The notes below the pieces were generated by a model. The model made no database searches, was not told the origin of the DNA, and worked only from the letters and a program-made list of their open reading frames with translations. From Asterias amurensis (Eukaryota), in assembly GCF_032118995.1 (NCBI RefSeq), contig NC_092661.1, positions 19,526,621-19,590,620 of the forward strand: a stretch of DNA of 64,000 bases. The letters run 5' to 3'. This document shows positions 61,522-64,000 of this stretch, piece after piece; position 1 is the first letter of the stretch; the number at the start of each line of letters is the position of its first letter. The position numbers and the translations under genes were made by a program.

Positions 61522-62332
61522 CTCTCTTGGTGTGAAGAGCAATGACTGTCTCATACTAGATGAAGAAGATTGTCTCTCACAAGATGGTCCAGCTGACATT
61601 GGGTCACGCGGCTTCTTCCATCCACTAATAGGGGTGACAGGAAGAGGAGTACCTTTTGACTGTGTGTGAACGCGTAGAGGAGTACTGTGCTGTGGTTGGC
61701 TGCTCTCCCTCCCAACCAATGGTGTATCCCGTTGGGATAAGGAGCTGTTTGTATTCCAGGGGGTTGGACTCAAACGAGATGGGCCTTCCATTGGTGAGGA
61801 AACTACTTTGGATGATTGTGTGCCGTTATTAATCCAGAGGGGTAGATTAAACTTTGGAGTTTGCATTTGGGACATTGATGGTTTGTTCTGTGAGTCGTTT
61901 GCCTTTGTGTTTAGAATGGCACTGTGCACGTCTTCCTTCATGGTTGCTGCCAAATGTTCCTTATCATCTTTAGGCTGAGAGGTTTTGGTCACAGTTTGAT
62001 TAGTTTTATCCTTGTCTTTGTCATTTTTGTCTTCCTCATCTTCTTTACATTTATCAGTCTCATTGTTCTTATCATCCAACCACTCCTGAACCTGTTTAAC
62101 AGAGGGAGGGGACCTACAAGGTGTAATCACAGCATCCACATCTCCCACCAGAGCCGCTTTTAATCCACATTCAGGGGCAATGTTGCTAGGCAACAATAAG
62201 GGGTGTGGACTCAAGGCCATCATGTTGGCTTGCCATTGGTTGAGACCTGTTTGGGAAAGTTTACTTTCAGCTTCAGGTAGAGAGGATGGCAGATTGGATT
62301 GCAAATGACCTTCGTCGTGAACACCTGGTTTA
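61522..62332 (-). CDS. REV3L: REV3L exon (811 nt, S/K/D-rich low-complexity region)
   Basis: Open frame (S)KPGVHDEGHLQSNLP...SSSMRQSLLFTPRE bounded by acceptor tttttcttcAG and donor GTAATG. In phase with the upstream giant exon across a 224-bp intron. Confidence 0.75.
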
Positions 62333-62556
62333 CTGAAGAAAAATATAAGTGTGTATATCAAAATAAAGTCTGCTTCAATACATCATTTCATGTTGACTTT
62401 GAATAATACCCACGTAGACTGATAGTAAAACAACTTCTTGCTCACATCTTATTAGGTTTGATTGCAACCAGAACTAAGAATTATAACTCTACCTTTATAA
62501 AAAATAATTGGGCAATTATTCCAGAGATACTTATAAGATTATTACAACTCACATAC

Positions 62557-64000
62557 CTGGACTGATGGACATCATTTGGATTCCCGCAAAATGCTTTCTT
62601 GTGTCGTAGCTGAGGGAGTCCATACTCTTGCAGCGATGCTTGTATATCATCAGCACTTGGAGGAGGATGAAGTGGTGTCCACACCTTGCTAGGCTTATCT
62701 GATAAACTCTCATCCTCCTTTGTTGTTGTAGTATTTCTGAGAATTGATGGGACTCTTGTTGAGGTTGTTGGAGGTGATTCAGATGTTGATTGGAGAGGAT
62801 CTTGTACTGATTGTGAGATGAGTTGAAGACTGTTAGTGGTCAGGTCTTCAATCATCTCTGTGCTGATTCCATCTTGCTCCTGTGAGCCACTTTGTTGACT
62901 TCCTTTACAATATACTAGAGCCTCATCTTTATCACAAGGTTCATCTGATAACTTATCCACAAGGCTTTGGGATTGATTCATGGTTGAAGTTTGTCTAGCA
63001 GAAAGACAATCTTCCTGAGATGAAACTGAGTGTTCATGGGGTATAGATTTTTCAGGATCAGTACAGTCGGACACAGACATTGGGTTTGAGGAACCTGATT
63101 CAGATGAGTCTGGACACACACCCCCTTCCTGTGATGTATCAATTTCCATTGGTTCCACTTCATCTGACTCCCACTCTCCACTGTCTTCTCTTGCACTAAG
63201 CTCCTCCGAGGATGGAACCTGGTGATCTCTGGGTTTAAGAACTAGGTTCAAGGGTTCCTCTTCTAATTCCTTGGAGGTGCTAACGCTGGAATCTTCAAGA
63301 TTTGATGCTTTCATATTTGAGTTGTCATGGTAGGAATCAGGGTTTGGCACATAGGTATTTGTTCTGTCATAGTTTGAAGATTCTTCATTGAATTTATCTT
63401 TGTAGTTGATTCTCAACAGTCCTTCAGCAATGTCTCGATCAATCTTACTCTTTGTGTTTGTTGAAAGCTTTACTTTACAATGTAAAGTGGGGCTTTTACC
63501 AGGAGTTGATGGAATCGTCTTCCCATCAGCATCTGACTGAGAATCTGTGATTGAATTTGACTGGCTACTGATGTACTGCGTACCATGTGGTGAGGGGGTC
63601 TCTGGGCAAACAAGCTGAGAGAAAGATTCATTATTGTCACTTAGAGTATCCTTTGAGTTCAGTTTCCCACAAGGTTTCCCTTTTGAAAATGATGAAGTGC
63701 TTTCACTAGAGCTGCTCCAAGATGATGCACTTGGCATCTCGCTTACTCTATTCTTTTGAAACTTACTATTTTCAGAACAATCAGAGTCTGTGTTTCTACA
63801 TGTGCTTTCCTGATGCATCTTTTTATAAGACACATCAGTTATGTTTAGAATGCTTGAGGAGGCTTGACTTGTGTCACTTTCAATCTCTGTGTGTCTTGTC
63901 TCATCTACCTGAGTTCTCACTGACTCACGCTGTCTTGATTGTCTTCCTGGAGTAAAGAGACTACCACTTGAAGGTTCAAAAACTTCCCTGGTTGGTGAGA
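62557..64000 (-). CDS. REV3L: REV3L giant Ser-rich exon (partial; continues beyond the window end)
   Basis: Uninterrupted - strand frame from the window edge to the donor AG|GTATGT at 62556/62555. Ser/Asp/Glu-rich low-complexity sequence, like the ~4 kb exon characteristic of REV3L. The ORF-track M is a GTG artefact, and the frame stays open to position 64000. Confidence 0.8.

Noticed and set aside
61924-62163. + strand 79-aa ORF, and the 62978-63196 - strand ORF, overlapping REV3L exons.
   Set aside because: Antisense or alternative-frame ORFs inside the low-complexity REV3L exons. They are hydrophobic or low-complexity with no splice context.
1-64000. A prokaryotic reading (operons, a defence island, a novel bacterial system).
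   Set aside because: The window is ~62% AT. It contains multi-exon genes with GT-AG introns and in-phase junctions homologous to metazoan REV3L, CRYL1, RPL24 and nAChR, plus tRNA-derived SINEs and MITEs. Most long ORFs in the track start at GTG or TTG and are open intron or exon read-through.

Overview
This window is eukaryotic (metazoan) genomic DNA, about 62% AT, with no prokaryotic architecture. It has GT-AG introns, tRNA-derived SINEs, MITEs and foldback elements. The combination of genes and repeats suggests a marine invertebrate, possibly a deuterostome or echinoderm, but that cannot be verified here. Five protein-coding genes can be modelled by eye:

1. A nicotinic acetylcholine receptor alpha-like subunit on the + strand, 5 exons, 20305-24149.
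2. Ribosomal protein L24 (eL24) on the - strand, 5 exons, 27401-33843, with a 5'TOP start.
3. A very compact lambda-crystallin / L-gulonate 3-dehydrogenase gene (CRYL1) on the - strand, 7 exons, 36105-38684.
4. An unidentified Lys/Arg/Ser-rich nuclear-type protein on the + strand, at least 9 exons, 40306-44857, with its 5' end unresolved.
5. The 3' two-thirds of the DNA polymerase zeta catalytic subunit REV3L on the - strand: 22 exons from the window edge (>=64000) down to the stop at 49359, including the family-typical giant Ser-rich exon.

All splice coordinates were read by eye and may be off by a few bp. The first 20 kb is gene-poor and repeat-rich. It holds a ~3.9 kb composite element whose 0.5-0.7 kb inverted arms are built from ~163-bp satellite units and enclose a degraded non-LTR reverse-transcriptase remnant. 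Elsewhere there are two copies of a ~390-bp near-perfect palindromic foldback MITE, a 385-bp TTAA-flanked MITE family (5 full and 2 partial copies, three in REV3L introns), two tRNA-derived SINE families, and several other palindromes. There is no CRISPR array, operon or defence island. I did not find a single exciting undescribed system. The best leads are an inverted SINE pair bracketing a REV3L exon, TTAA-terminated MITE/foldback families suggesting piggyBac-type mobilisation, the inverted-satellite composite element, and the unassigned K/R/S-rich gene.
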